DNA of 64,000 nt from the human T2T-CHM13v2.0 reference genome, Homo sapiens. Both the position numbers and the translations under genes were made by a program. Positions 43,363 through 58,990 of the stretch are shown here, piece by piece (within the stretch, counting starts at the first letter, position 1; every line of letters begins with the position of its first letter). The stretch is taken from NCBI RefSeq assembly GCF_009914755.1, contig NC_060925.1. One strand, given 5' to 3'. The notes under the pieces were generated by a model. The model was given only the letters and a program-made list of their open reading frames with translations. It did not search any database and had not been told where the DNA came from.

Positions 43363-43805
43363 TGTCTTGGGCCGGGCACCCCCAGAAGCTGACCTTGAGA
43401 CAAGGATTTGGGTGCAAGTGGTTTATTTGGCAGGTGCCCAGAAAGTGCTGACAGGAGTGGGAAAGTGAGTTAGGGGAGAGAAGGAAGCCACTACAGGCTA
43501 TGTTCATGTGCAGGTTACTGCTGTGGGCAACTGGGGCTTACGGATTTCTAGGAGATGACGTGGAATACACCTCAGTGTTGCCCCACCAGAAGGGCAAGGA
43601 AGCATGGGTATTTATATGTCAGCTCCCATTCATTATTGGCTGAGGGCAGCTCCTAGAGGGCATTGGGTCTGCGTTTCAAGCCTGCTGCACATAGGCTGAG
43701 AGGAATCCCTGAGTTCGAGTCACAGGCGCCCACAGTCATGCTCAGACAGCACATACAGGAACAGTGACTGCAGGGGGCATAGGTGGGACACAAATACCAC
43801 CAGTT
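43363..43805 (-). mobile_element. ERVL solo LTR (LTR16/LTR33 family)
   Basis: tgtcttgg...cccagaagctgaccttgagacaaggatttgggtgcaagtggtttatttgg...gggtatttata...attggctgagggc; reverse-strand AATAAA and TATA box. Confidence 0.78.
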
Positions 43806-43897
43806 ATAAAGAGGAAAGATGGGAAGGAAAGACAAGAGGAAGGTGTGGAGTTAGATTCCTGGGTCAGATGTGAACCCCTGGCTCTCAAAACACTCCT

Positions 43898-44548
<651 letters not shown>

Positions 44549-44688
44549 CCTTAATTCTTAAAATAGTGGGCAGCACCCCTCAGTCTGTGCAGCATTAATC
44601 TGGATAACAGTGTCTGTTCAAACCCAGCAGGGTTGGTGAAAGGTTGGAGTAAGCCAGGTATTCCAGAGGGGCTGCTGGAGGTATTCTA

Positions 44689-44702
44689 GTTGCTATGGCA
44701 AC
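44689..44702. promoter_or_regulatory. RFX X-box GTTGCTATGGCAAC
   Basis: Consensus match inside the 18-bp near-palindrome TAGTTGCTATGGCAACTA; occupancy not shown. Confidence 0.55.
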
Positions 44703-45145
44703 TAATGCTAGCTAAGGAGTGCTCCTTCCTCTAGTGTGTCCTAGTAACCTACAATTGAGCTGCTGGAGTTTTCACCTAGTGTGATGACATGCAATTTGGT
44801 TGACAATCAAGATGGGTAAGGATCAAGGAAGCTGTTGAGATGAGCTTGGCTTTTGCCCCACCAGCTCTGCCCACCTGTCTACCTGTCCACTGTCTCCCCT
44901 CTTTAATTGTCAACCTTTTCCTTATGTTCTGTGATAAGCCAGCTGAGCTTGTGTGGTGCCTGGAAATTCCATGTAGTCTGATATTACAGAAAGAACACAA
45001 GTTTGGAAGTATGACAGGCCTGGTGTTCAGATCCCAGCTCTGAGTCTTTGGAAAAGCTGTTTATCTATTTTAAGCAAGAATACGAATACGGCAATAGTAT
45101 TGTTCTTAGCATGTAGTGAAATATAGTGTATGTAATACACTTGGT

Positions 45146-45710
<565 letters not shown>

Positions 45711-47701
45711 TAACACTTGGCATGCAGCAGGTGTCAGTAAATGTTACCTCCATCCCTTCTCTTGGTTACTCCTAGAAAACCAAAGCTATAAAGGCCATCA
45801 TCTATGGCCAACTATTCCGCCTGGGTGGTGATGTCCAGTTGCCCACCCATCTTTGCAAAATCCCCTCCCTCCAGGGAGCCTTTCCTGATTCATCACACTG
45901 GACTCTGGGTTGTCCTGGAACTTGTGTGCATAATTCATACTGCAAGTAATTTGCACTTTTATGATTCTCTCGCAATTGCATAGCATGCATGGTTTGCACA
46001 CACTAATATGGCATTATCTTATTTAATGTTAACAGCACTGTGAATTAGATATTCTTCCCCCCTCCAATTTACAAGTGAAGAAATTGGAACTCAGATTAAC
46101 TGGCTTGGAAGGATCATATAACTCAAAGTGGCCCCACCAGAACAGAACCCAGGCCTCTGCCTCTGACATTCTGGGCACGTTCCAGTGCACCTACTGCCTC
46201 ACCATGTGCTCCTTGAAGCCTTTCCCTCTGTGTGCAGCCCTTGTGTCCCTGAAGCCTGTGAGCATGACAGGGGCAGGGATCACAGGCCTTCCACTGGAGT
46301 AGGAGTTTCCCAAGGACAGAGACTCTGTCTTCTCTCTCTCTGTTTCCCCTCGACACCTAGCAATGTAGGTTCTCAGGCCATGCTGTCGACTGACCAATGA
46401 ATCATTGTTAGAGACCCCCTCCTGGAATGCCCTTACATGACCTCTCCATCTTCCAGGATAGAGTCTTGCTTTGGGGAGCCACAAAGTGGCCACAGTCAGG
46501 AATTCTGGTCCAAGGGCAGAAGGAGCAACCCAAGCCTCTGTGAATACAAGTCCTTGTTTGACTCCAGCTCAAAGGCTGAGCTGTCCCAGGATGTTCATGA
46601 GGGGCCAGCTCTGGCCTCTGGGCTATCAGATGTCTCTGGCCAGGCAGTAAAAGGCCATTCACTGCAGCTGAAGAAAGGCCAGCAGGCCAGGCAGAGGGAC
46701 TTACCTACAGAAGTGTTCAGGGTTGGGGGTCCAAAGATGCTGAAGGACTGAATGGTGGTCATCTATATATCAGTGTGACGATGGAACAAGCACAGGAAAA
46801 GGCATAAAAGTATAGATTTGCAAAGCAGGCCAGAGGAAAGAGTCAGGCCCATAGAGACCGAAAGCACATAGCTACATTGGAGGCAGATCGACACTCACTG
46901 AATATGCAGGGCAGGATCACGGAGAGACAAGGTAGGAGAGGCTGACACGGGGGCATGTGCGGTAGAAAAACAGAGTCAGCACGTTCGTGATGTGCACACC
47001 AAGCAGTGGAAATGAGAGACAGACAGATACTGTGTGAGACCCATCCAAACGTGTGTGAGAGGTGGCTGGATACAAAGAGGCTGTGTGTGCACAAGATCGA
47101 CTGTTTGAGGACACAGGCCCGCCGATGTGCAGGGGGTGTGCGGCAACCAGACAGGCACAGAGAGTGTCTGAGAGGTGGAGGGACCCCTCCAGAGAAACAA
47201 GAGTGACCTTGTGCTCAGCCTGAGGGTTGGGGAGTGACCCAGAGCAGGGCGAGTATATTCTCACCAGCCTACCCCCCTTCTCCTTTGGCCAGCTCCTACT
47301 AAAAGGGGTCTGTGTCGTACCTTGTCTCTTTCTTGTGGGGCATCTCCAGCTTGGGAGACAGGAACAAAGCTCTGACCTAGTCCCTGCCCTCTTTGACTGC
47401 TCACCCTCTTCCAGCCCCTCTACCCAGCCTCAATCTCTCATTCTTCCTCTACTTTGAAGTCTGGCTTCTGTCTTGGCCCCTGTGGGTTTGATGACAAAGG
47501 GCAGTTCAGGAATGACACTATCTACACATACATGGCCATATGGACAATTTCAGGTGGTGGGACTTGCAGCAGCTGGGGTTCCCAGGACTGCTGACATTCT
47601 GCTGAGTGTTATTAGAAGATCAGGGACAGAGCTTATCATCTGGCTGTCACTGCCCCTTTCCAAGCCACAGCGAGCCTCCACAGAGGGGCCCTGGGGGATA
47701 G

Positions 47702-48261
<560 letters not shown>

Positions 48262-48571
48262 TATACACTCTCTTATATCTCCACAAGTCCTTGTGGTTAG
48301 TTTCCTGCTCTTGAGAAGTAGAGTAGCAAAGTAGATGGAACATTCTAGAGCCCAACTGGTCTGGTATAATTTTCAGTTTGCTACTCACTACCTATGTGCA
48401 TTACTTAGCCTCTTTGTGCTTCGGTGTCATTATCTGAAAGGAATGCCCACCTTGTGATATTTGCTCATACATTCCACAAACACTTGTAGACCACTTAATA
48501 TATACCAGACACTGCAGATGTGGCAGGAGGAAAAATAGGCATTGCTCTTAAACTCATGTATGAAAAGAAAT

Positions 48572-49303
<732 letters not shown>

Positions 49304-49334
49304 TTAAAAAAAGAGAGAAAAAGAAATGGCAAAC

Positions 49335-49890
49335 AAGCCAACAGATAAACATGCAATAGGTTAGGTGGTGCTGTGTGTCATAAGGAAAAATAAAGCAGGG
49401 TAAGGGGCAGAGAGTGATGGGGTAGCGGGTATTTGAGAGTGGATAGTCAGGGAAGGCTTCTTTGATAAACTGTGCAGATAGCTGGGGAGAGAGCTGTCCA
49501 GGCAGACAGAAGAGTATATGCAAAGGCCCAGAGGCAGGAATCGGCATAAGTTCAAGGAACTGCAGGGAGGTCAGTGTGGCTGAAGCAGAGTTAGCAAGGG
49601 GGCAAGTGGCCAGAAATGAGGTCACAGGTAGCCAGAGGCCATGTGTGCCATGCTGAGGACTTTGGCTTTTCTTCCAAGAGAGAGGAAGCTACTGGAGGAC
49701 TTCAGGGAGAGGGACGATGTGATCCAACATGTTTTGCAAAGGGTCTGTCTGGCTACTATGAGGAGAGCAGACCACAGGGACACCAGGGGAACCAGGAAGC
49801 ATGGAAGGGAGACTGCTGCAGTTAGCTAAGTGAGAATGGATGGTGGCTCACACCAGGGATAGAAGTGGAGGTGGGGAGAAGGTTTTGAGG
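49335..49890 (-). mobile_element. L2 fragment
   Basis: ggaaaaataaagcaggg...gtcagggaaggcttc...tgcaaaggcccagaggcagga...gaggactttggctttt...gatggtggct. Confidence 0.8.
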
Positions 49891-49908
49891 ATTAAAGAAG
49901 ATAACATT

Positions 49909-50204
49909 GGCCAGGTGTGATGGCTCACACCTCTCATCCTAGCCCTTTGGAAGGCTTAGGCGGGCGGATTGCTTGAGCCCAGGAGTTCGAGACCAGCCTG
50001 GGCAACACAGCGAGACTCCTTCTGTACAAAAAAATTTAAAATTAGCTGGCGATGATGGCTTGCACCTGTGGTCCCAGCAACTCAGGAGGCTGAGGTGGGA
50101 GGATCGCTTGAGTGATTGGAGATTGAGGCTGGAGTGAGCCGTGTCCATGCCACTGCACTCCAGCCTGGGTGACAGAGCAAGACCCTGTCTCAAAAAAGAA
50201 AAAA
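49909..50204 (+). mobile_element. AluJ
   Basis: Full Alu; tail expanded into triplet repeat. Confidence 0.92.
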
Positions 50205-50312
50205 AGAAGAAGAAGAGGAAGAAGAAGAAGAAGAGGAGGAGGAGGAGGAGGAAGAGGAGGAGGAGGAGGAAGAAGGAGAAGGAGAAGAAGAAGAAGAAGA
50301 AGAAGAAGAAGA
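50192..50312. repeat. (GAA)n/(GAG)n polypurine tract
   Basis: About 120 consecutive purines on the + strand. Confidence 0.96.
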
Positions 50313-51004
50313 TCATTTACAGTACTTTCTCAATACATTGTATGAGGTTTCATTTGTGTTTCCCAGAGATTTGGGATCCAAATTAGCAACGGAGAACCAC
50401 TGGAGTGCAGTGGCATGGGTGCTTAAGCTGATCTGAAATGATTGCTCCTGGCCTCTCGAGGTGGAGGGTTTGTACACACACAAACACACACACACTCACA
50501 CACACCCTGGCATCTGCCCAGTGACCCCAGGTGAGGGTCCATCAGGCCCTTACTGGAGAGACAGCCCCTCTCCCCTACCCCTTCCTATGGTCCTCTGTCT
50601 CATGTTCTCAGAAGCACACAAAGCCACTGATGTGTTGGGATACTGGAAGCAAGATAATCAGCTAGGATTACTGAGACGGTAGCTCACTATACAAGATCTG
50701 GAGGGTCTACCCTCTCTCCTGCCCCTCCCAACTGTGGGGTGGTGAGAAAGGCAGGTCTCCTCGAAGGTTATATAAATATTTGTTGAACAGTAACACAGCT
50801 GGGAGCAGGACCCCTTCCTCCAGCTGTCTGATTTGCTGCCCCAGAGAAATCTCAGCTGGGATTAGGGCTGAGCTCTGGAACACTCCACTGTGCATCTGCT
50901 GACCCCCAGTGCCCCCAGTTCAAACTCTCCCATCTACCTTCCAAACCTGTCAATCTGAGCCCCACACCAGGGAGGGAGTTGGCAAGAAGTGGTGCCATTG
51001 ACTG

Positions 51005-51150
51005 GTAAAAAGAAGCCTGCCCCAGGAATCAAGACACCTGGATTGTGTGGAAGGATCTTGAGCTAGTCACTTGCCCTGTCTGGGCCTAATTTTCTCCTCT
51101 GTGAAAATGAGCGGTTTGAACTAGATGCTCTCTAAAGTCCTTTTTGGCTC
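51005..51150 (+). mobile_element. MIR/MIR3
   Basis: tagtcacttgccctgtctgggcctaattttctcctctgtgaaaatgag...aactagatg...ctctaaagtcc. Confidence 0.7.
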
Positions 51151-54100
51151 AAACGTTCTGGATTTTCTGACCACATGAACTGGGTCTGATCCAGGGTACC
51201 TGGCATTTCCTGCAGGAAGGGCCTGGAGGTTGAGGAGGAAAGACAGCAGCCATGCTGGTCTAGGAAAGGAGAGAAGCGCCCCACATTCATGCATGAGGAA
51301 CTCTGGAAGACACAGGCATTGCTAATGGTAAAGAAATCCATTGCCTGGACCTGGACCCAATGTCACTGTGGCTTCTAAACCTGTGGCCAAACAAGGCCAC
51401 TCTATTATTAATCTTTCTTGCTGTTAATGTTCTAAAGCAAGTATAATAGTACCTGCCTCACCTTAGATCACTAGGTTATTTGAAAATAGAATAAACTCAT
51501 GGATGTGAAAATGCTTTGAAAACTTCTACACAGAGACTGGAAATTATTTTCTTAGACATCTGTCAAGGTCACGACAGATGATTCCCTCAGGATTCAGTAG
51601 GGTCATTGGGGGATCTGGGAGCAGGTTTTTGAAAGCTGGGATTAAGGATGTGGCCAGGTAATTCCCCATTGATCCTGCCACAGTATGGAAAGGGTTAATT
51701 CACTGAAGTCCCTCTCCCAATTCCTTTCTCTTTCCTTTCCCTGCCCCTCCATTCTGGTTTAATTCTTTCTCTTTTTAATCACTCTGCTGTAAAATGCCCA
51801 TTGTCCTGCTTCTGCCACTATGCTATCAACTAGGCCTGGCTAGGATGCAGAGGAGTCACAGGCCCAGCTATCACCCACAGGCCCAGAGGGACATTCTCTG
51901 ACTGGCCAAAACTTGTTCAAGGACAGGCTTTTCCATCTGAGGAATGAAATAGCCTTATGATTGATGGGAACGAGAAGACATGAGGGCAGGTCAGTGGACA
52001 GAGTTGTGGATACCTACCTTGGGACCCTAATCCTCTCAAGGGTCTCATTTCTGGGGCTCACCAGGAAATCGGGTATGTGATCAGGCCCCAGACAGGTGAC
52101 CCTGGAACCCAGAAACCCACAAGCAAGCAACACTGGAATTTAGAGCACACCAAACTGCTTCTCAAGTCTTTCCCTTTTTTTCTTACCCCATTCTAACCAA
52201 CCACATCAACCTCTGAGATTATTGTCCAGGAGACAAGGAGAGCCTCCCATAAACTATCTTTCGATGTCTCTGTTGGAAATGAAACTTCAGCCAAAAGAAC
52301 CCTGGGCCTCAGCCAAGGTGACTCCAGAGATCCTTTGAGGTGGGGAAGGTGTGGGAAGGAAGAGAGAATTACCCCCTCCCAGGAATCTGGCTGAGGGACC
52401 TCATGCATATTAGCCTGCATTCTGCCCTCTGCTTTGGACATTTCCTGGACTTTCTATGCCTCAGTTTCCCCCTTGTAAAGAGCTGCTGTGAGAGTGCTGG
52501 CACGGGAGACAAATGAGATCATGGCTCCTAAGGGCTTTTTGAAGAGAAGCCCCACAGGAGCACAGAGGAAGCCTATGTGAGATAGACAGGCCTTTTTCCT
52601 CTCTCCCTCTTTGGCTGGGTTTTCTTTCTGGACAAGTGCCTGACTCCCAGCTCCCTTTCAGCAGGTGTCATCCTCCTCTACCATGTGTCCCTCCGCTGCC
52701 CCCCACTCCCTGCACCCCAGGCTACAGTCATGCTCAGAGTCACCCCTTCATTGCCCATCCCCCACCCTCCACCTCCACTGTAGTCAAGACAACCGTGCCA
52801 CCATATCCCTTCCACTCTGCCACACCCTCATGACAGGCAAGGTCAGGGCCCCTTCAAGCGCAGAAGCTCCCCATTGACAGGGGAGGCTGTGTTTTCATAT
52901 TTTCACAAAAAACTCCCAGACAACATTTCTCTTCAGTGCTGCTGCCAATTACCCAAAGTGCCCTGACCTGAAAATAGCAGGTGCTAATTTGCATGTTACT
53001 TATTTAAGTAGCAACGCTTCTGGGATCCTGCTCCTTCCCCTATAAAAGCTCACCATAACCTCCACGAAGCAGTAAGGTAGACACTACTGTGGGACTTACC
53101 GTCCTCATCAAGAAGGAAAGAGGAACTTATAGCAGGAAACTTGCCTTCTGTTGGGTTCTGGCAGCTCAGGAATCAATCCCAAGAAGGAGGTGATTTAGAG
53201 ACCCTATACCCCAGAATGTTCAGTGGGGACTCAGCTGAGAGCCTCTCCCCTGAGCTGAGCTACTGGCTGAGACTTGTTCTCTTTATGGTTTGCTCCTCCA
53301 GTCCCTGTGTGAGGTGAGACACACAGGGAGGAGGGTGGAAGGAAGGGTGGGCAGGCCTCCAGGTATGAGGATGAGGGATGGAGCCACATGGTCTCTGGGG
53401 GGCTGCGAGGGAATGTTCAGGAACAGCTCAGCTCCATGCACAAGACCCCTGTCCCTCCAAGTAAACCCCTGTGCCTACCCCTTTCAGGCCTCAGATCTCC
53501 CTCCTTCCAGGCCCTCCCTGCTGAGAAAACCACAAAGGAGGAAACCTTATGGAAAGCTTACAGCTAGATCTGGAGAAAAACATCCCCTGCTGATGACATT
53601 CCTTTGGCTGAGACAAAGTCATTTTACTCAGGATTCCATGCTGGCTGAGGCTAAAGAGAATCCCTTATGGCACGTCACTGTAAGCTGTTCCCCAGATGAC
53701 CCAGGCCAGCTCCAGCACAGCTGCGTGGACAGAGCCTCCCTAGAGAACTCATTGTGCTCACCCCGTTTCGGGTGGTGGTGAGGATGGGAGGCTCAGGACA
53801 TTACCAGAACAGGAGAGCCAGGATAGGGCTTGGCCAGGGACATCATCCTGGAATGAAATGGAAGAATATGTGAGAGAGAACCGTCTGCCTTGCTCTGATT
53901 CCCCCTCAGAGCTGGTCTGCTTGGGAGCTGGTGCATCTTTTCTAAGTCTTACTACCCAAACCTCTTAGAACAGAGTAAAGGGAATAAAAATCTGTCTGCC
54001 CCCCATGCTAGGGGGAAGTCTGAGGGATTGGCGCTAGGATCACTGCAGCTCTTTACTCCCCTTTGATCTCAAAGCATATTTGGAAAACTTGGCCACAATG

Positions 54101-55349
54101 TGCAACCTCAGAAACAAAGACCCTTCCTCCAACTTAAACTGTTCCATTCTCCAGAAACAGAGGTCCCTCTGCTGAGGTTTTCTGTCCTCTAAGAACTGTG
54201 GTTCATCACTCTAGAGCTGCAGCCCCAGGTCAGTGGCATTGGGCAGCCAGAGTAGTAGGGGCAGAGGGGCTGTACAGTTACCCAAAGTGCATTGACCTGT
54301 GGGCCGAAAATAGTAGGGGCAGCCTGCATTGCTGGGGGGCTTGGGAAAGGATTGTTCCTAGGACTCAAAGCACCACCCAGACCTCTTTAAAGGCAGTGAG
54401 AGCGAGGAGGAGGAGTTCAGGAGTGCAAACCTCTCCCTTAACATCTGTAAAAACTGAGGCCTGGAAAGATAGGCTTAAGAGAACACATGTGACCTGGATC
54501 TGTATGTGTGGCTCAGTCACATCAAACTGCCCAAACACTAGAGACTACTGCTCTGTGGTCCCAAGTCATCTTAGTTCAGCACTTTAGGGGGCTTAAAAAA
54601 ATGCTACTGTTGTTTTTGTCGCTTAAAGAAACTGCAGGTATAATTTGTCCATCTCTAAAATGTAGGCTTCCCAGTTTGCCCAGTTCACATTGGCATTGGG
54701 ACCCAACCATAGACACTTAGCCCCTTCCAGGAGCCAAGAGTGAGAACTGGAGGAAGCAAGGGTGAGGGCAGCAGGCTAATTCCCCCCACAGGGCTCCTTT
54801 CTCTGGAACCAGGAGAGTGAAGTTACCAGGAGGACCCTCAGGGGGGAGGAACCCAATGGGAGGACCCTGCTACTGGATCCCACTGTTTTTTTCCTAACCG
54901 GTCAGTTGAAAATGCATCCTGGATAAAGACACAGATCCTTGGGTGGCGTGAGCTGTTGTTTCTCTCCCACAATCTTCCCCCAGCAAGCACACCTCACCTA
55001 ATCTGTGGTCTCCTGAATGCTGGAGAGATGTTAGGCCCCACCCCCTGAGGTTGTTAGGACATCGGAAGGTCGCGCCATCCTACTTGGCTCCCGGCTGTGA
55101 GCAGAAGGGTCGTGAGCCAACCTGTGGTAATATGCACCCCTATCGGACCTTCGTTTCCCACCACATCCCTCCACGGACCTTGTTTTAGGCAATGCACTGA
55201 CCCATGCTCCGATTTTTAGAAATTTCTAAAAGCCTGGAAAGGAGCCAGGAGGAGGCCGGGAGGAAGCCCTCTATGGAGAAGGTTCTGCCCAGGCCTCCCC
55301 AACTCCTTACCCACCCGTGCCCCAGAGAGAAGTGGCTCGCTGCTCACAC

Positions 55350-56410
55350 CCCCTCCTGCCAGTGCAGCGCGAGTAAGAGCGCCCAAGGGACCACAGCTGG
55401 CATCCCAGGGGTTAATTTCGGAGCAGCCCAGGTGGAGGTCGAGCCCCCAGCCCCGTCGGCACCTCCAGGCTTCCGAGGCCACCGGAACGGAGGAGGCTTC
55501 GGTGGCTCTTTGTCTACCTGCTCTGGGTGTTAAAGAGCCCGCTCGCAGCCTGCATCGCCGGGGCTCGGGACAGAAGTCAGCGGCGGGGAAATGGGGCTCT
55601 GTCACTTTAAGTACAGCTGGAGCCGTAAGTACAAGCCCTGGTGGTGGGGAGAAAAGGGAGCGGAGGGCAGGCGAGGGTTAGGTTTCCGACCCTCCGCGTG
55701 GCCCACAGCTCATACCTTTTCGGGTGTCCCCGGGTGTCAGGCGAGAGCGGTCCTGGGGGGCGCTGGGTGCCCACCCGGTGAATGGCCGCCTGAGCCGGGG
55801 AAGATGCTTCATCTGCCCCTGCCCAGATCCGGAAGAACGGTGAATTTCCCCCGCAGGTAAGCGCCCCCACCCCCCTGGCCTCACCGCCAGACCGCAGAGC
55901 TGGGGTCGGGTTTGTGGCACCCCCAGCCCCGCCGCAGCCCCCCAGTTCCGCCGCAGCTGCAGTCTCAGGGGCAGTGGGTGTGGGGTCCGCAAGAAGGAGG
56001 GTCTTGGCCGCGCTCGCTTTTCCGCCAGAGAGGAGTGCCTGCGCCGCCGGAGCCTCCGAGCTCCTGGACGTTTGGCTTACGGGCATCTGGGGCTGGGAGT
56101 GGGTGTGTGGAGGGCTCTAGGGAGTGGAAAGGGAAGGAAAGGAGCTTAGGCGCCCAGGAGACCTGGACGGAGCTGAGACAATAGCGCAACTTGATTGAAC
56201 TTCGATGGTTGCGGCTGTGGCGCGTGGGGGCCCGGCCTGTGAGGGTCGGGGGTCCTGGGGACCAGGCGGGTGGAAGGAGGAGGGGCTTGCAGCCCCAGGT
56301 CGGCCCTGCCAAGGTCACCCTAGTTCCGGAAGCTCCGGGGGTCGTCCTGGGGTGAAAGGAGGTGGTGGGAGGCGGAAGGATGAAACGGGGGAGGGAGGGG
56401 ACGTTGAATT
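55350..56410. promoter_or_regulatory. CpG island / internal NAV1 promoter
   Basis: Sharp local rise in GC and CpG (cgcg, ccgg, gcgccgccgg), free of interspersed repeats, surrounds the alternative first exon. Confidence 0.85.
55804..55856 (+). CDS. NAV1: Coding part of an alternative first exon of a short NAV1 isoform (MLHLPLPRSGRTVNFPR...)
   Basis: ATG with A at -3 inside a CpG island; 17 codons + 2 nt, then CAG|gtaagc. Phase 2 matches the donor at 34539, so both can splice to the same downstream exon. The N-terminus matches my recollection of a shorter NAV1 isoform. Confidence 0.8.
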
Positions 56411-58789
56411 TGTGACCGTACTGCTGGCTGGATACTTCCGAGAGAGAGTGAAGCCTGGTGCTCTACCCTGGGAAGGGGTGAAAAATCGGAGAGCCGGGTA
56501 ATTTGGGGAGACGCACAGTGAGGGACTGGTCTTGTAAGGTGAGGGCAAGGCACAGAGGCTCCTTCATAAAGGGGAAGTGAGTGTAACCACAGCTGGCCCT
56601 GGGACTCTCTGAGCTGACTTGGAAACTGCACTTCCAAGGGAGAATTAGGAAATTCCACCGGCCTGAGAAAGGGGGCTGGGGTTTCTGGGATTTTTTAGCG
56701 GGGTGGGCAGGGGAGGCTTCCCATCTCACTATTCTCACCCCATATACACTCTCCTTCCCCTCAGCCTCCCGCAGACCTGGGAAGTTGGAGGTTGGGCCCT
56801 ATGCCTGGTGCTGTGGCCACTCCCACCTCAAATCTCAGGCAGCCCAGACCTGCACCCTGTAACATGCTCCTGCGTCCTCATATTGCTCGAAGGGAGCCCC
56901 AAGTACCCTCCAGGGGCTCAATTACAACTGTGCACACAAAGGTCTAGGGTAAAAGCAAAGAATTGGGCAAGGCCTGAAACGAGAGGCATCTTCTGCCTCC
57001 GTTCCTGCCCTGCAAGACCATGGGCACCAGGAGCCCCTTGGAAGCCAGAGGCCCGCTGACTCCAAACTTTTTTCCCCTACCACAGTATGACAGAATGCAG
57101 CCCTGAAGCCCCCCTGGAATGTGACTTGGGTCCTTGGGGTCACTTTGCCAAAATGGCTGGTAGGTATGGTGGTGTCATAAAAGGAACCAGTTTATGAGCA
57201 GAGAATAAACCCATGTAGGGACCTCTTACTTCAGGTGAGATCCTGGGCTGAGTCCTGGACAGCTCACTGGGCCCTGGAGAAGGTGAAGGGAAGGAACTGT
57301 TCATAACCTCCTCTCCTCCCTCCACCTCTGCCACCCCAACTAGAGCCTACTTCAGATCCACATAGGGTGTGCCCAAGGAAAATTATAATTGCCACCCAAA
57401 CAATATTTGCACTGCCTCTACTCTTAAATTCTTTGCTTCCCCAATGCCTGGAGGGTGTGCAAGTCCTCTAAGTGACCCCAATGCCCTTTCTCTGAGCCTA
57501 TCACTCTTTCCTTCCTACTCAACAGCCTTTCTAGGCTACCTCATTCTTTCTTTTGAATTGATATTCTCCCCGCCTCCTTCCTTTACCCAACTCCATCTCA
57601 TGGGAACCTGCCCTTATAAAGAGAGCTTAGTGCCCTATCCTGGGGCCATAGCTATTGAATACTCACCTAGCTCATTACCAGAAACAGACTTCTGGGCAGG
57701 TGTGCCAGGGCGGGTACCTGTCTGCCATAGCCCAGGTTGAGGAGCAGGTCATGTTACACCTACCCAGCCTACTAGGGTGGAGCTGGGTTAGGCCTGTGGT
57801 TTCCTTTCCATCCAAGCCCAAGACTTTCAGGTCAATTGCTATTGGTAGGCAAGGAGACAGGGGATGTTGTAAAGTGGAGGTCATTCCTCGAATTGCCACA
57901 CTTCACATATAAAATTTAACTAGCCTGGCTCCAATTCACAGAGGGGGAGCTTAGCCCAAGCCTTTGCTCTGGGGAGGGCTCAAAACTTTCCCTGTAAATG
58001 ATGTTAGGCTGAGGCCAGCAGGGATCAAAGAGATGCTTACCCTCCAGAATCAGGTTTCCCTTAAACTCCAAAGGAGGCAGCACTGGGAAGATGTGAGGGT
58101 ATTTGGGTGAATGACTTAATTGGCCCTCAGGTATCTCCATGACCAGCTCTTGATGAGTGAGCTGTGATCAGTCCATGGCCTCTTCATTGTTTCAGAGCAG
58201 ATGTATTTCTTCTCTGGATGCCTGGGATTCTTCCATCTATCATGGAAGCCTGTGCCCACAAGCACTGTTCTTGCGTATCTCAAACATTATGGTCTCTCCT
58301 GGAGACTCCTTCTCTTCCTGTCCCAGCAAACACTGTTCTTCAGTGTCTTCCAAGCGTGAAGTCCAGGCATCTATCCCATTCAGCACTCCTAGACTCCCTC
58401 CTGGAAAGAACCCTTAGCTAGAGCCTGGGGATCAGTGGGAACAAGACTCGCTCACTACGGTTGCCTCACTCAACCCACAGAGACTCCCTGGGGCAGAGGG
58501 CTTCGGCTTGGCACAAACTCAGCCTCTGTGAGAGGACAGAATACCTAGGGACAGCCAAGCCAATGAGCTGCTTCTCGTTAGAGGATTTTATGGGACTAGG
58601 CACACACACCACAGGCAAACCACACTTGCTGGATTAACCTCTTCCTGCAAAGCCCCCTGCCCTGAGCTTGGGAGGAATGAGGGAGGGACTTAATCAGCAG
58701 AAGGCATCTTAATAGGGGGGACAGTCCGTGTCTAACATCTCAGCTAATCACCTTTTCTCATTTTAACATGAGGCTGTAAAACACAAGCC

Positions 58790-58990
58790 ATACTAAGTGC
58801 TTTGTAACCATTTTTTCATTTAATCTTCACAACAACCGTATGAGGTATATATTATTATCATCCCATTTCACAGATGAAGAAACTGAGGCACAAGGAGGTT
58901 AAGTAAGCATACTAAAGATCACAGTAGTGGGATTTGTCCTCATACCTAGGTCTGTCTGACTCTAAAGCCAACCCCTAACTACTATGCTAT
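58790..58990 (-). mobile_element. MIR
   Basis: tcatttaatcttcacaacaacc...cccatttcacagatgaagaaactgaggcac. Confidence 0.85.

Noticed and set aside
49939-50386. Poly-Lys/Arg and poly-Phe/Leu ORFs
   Set aside because: Translations of the Alu tail triplet repeat.
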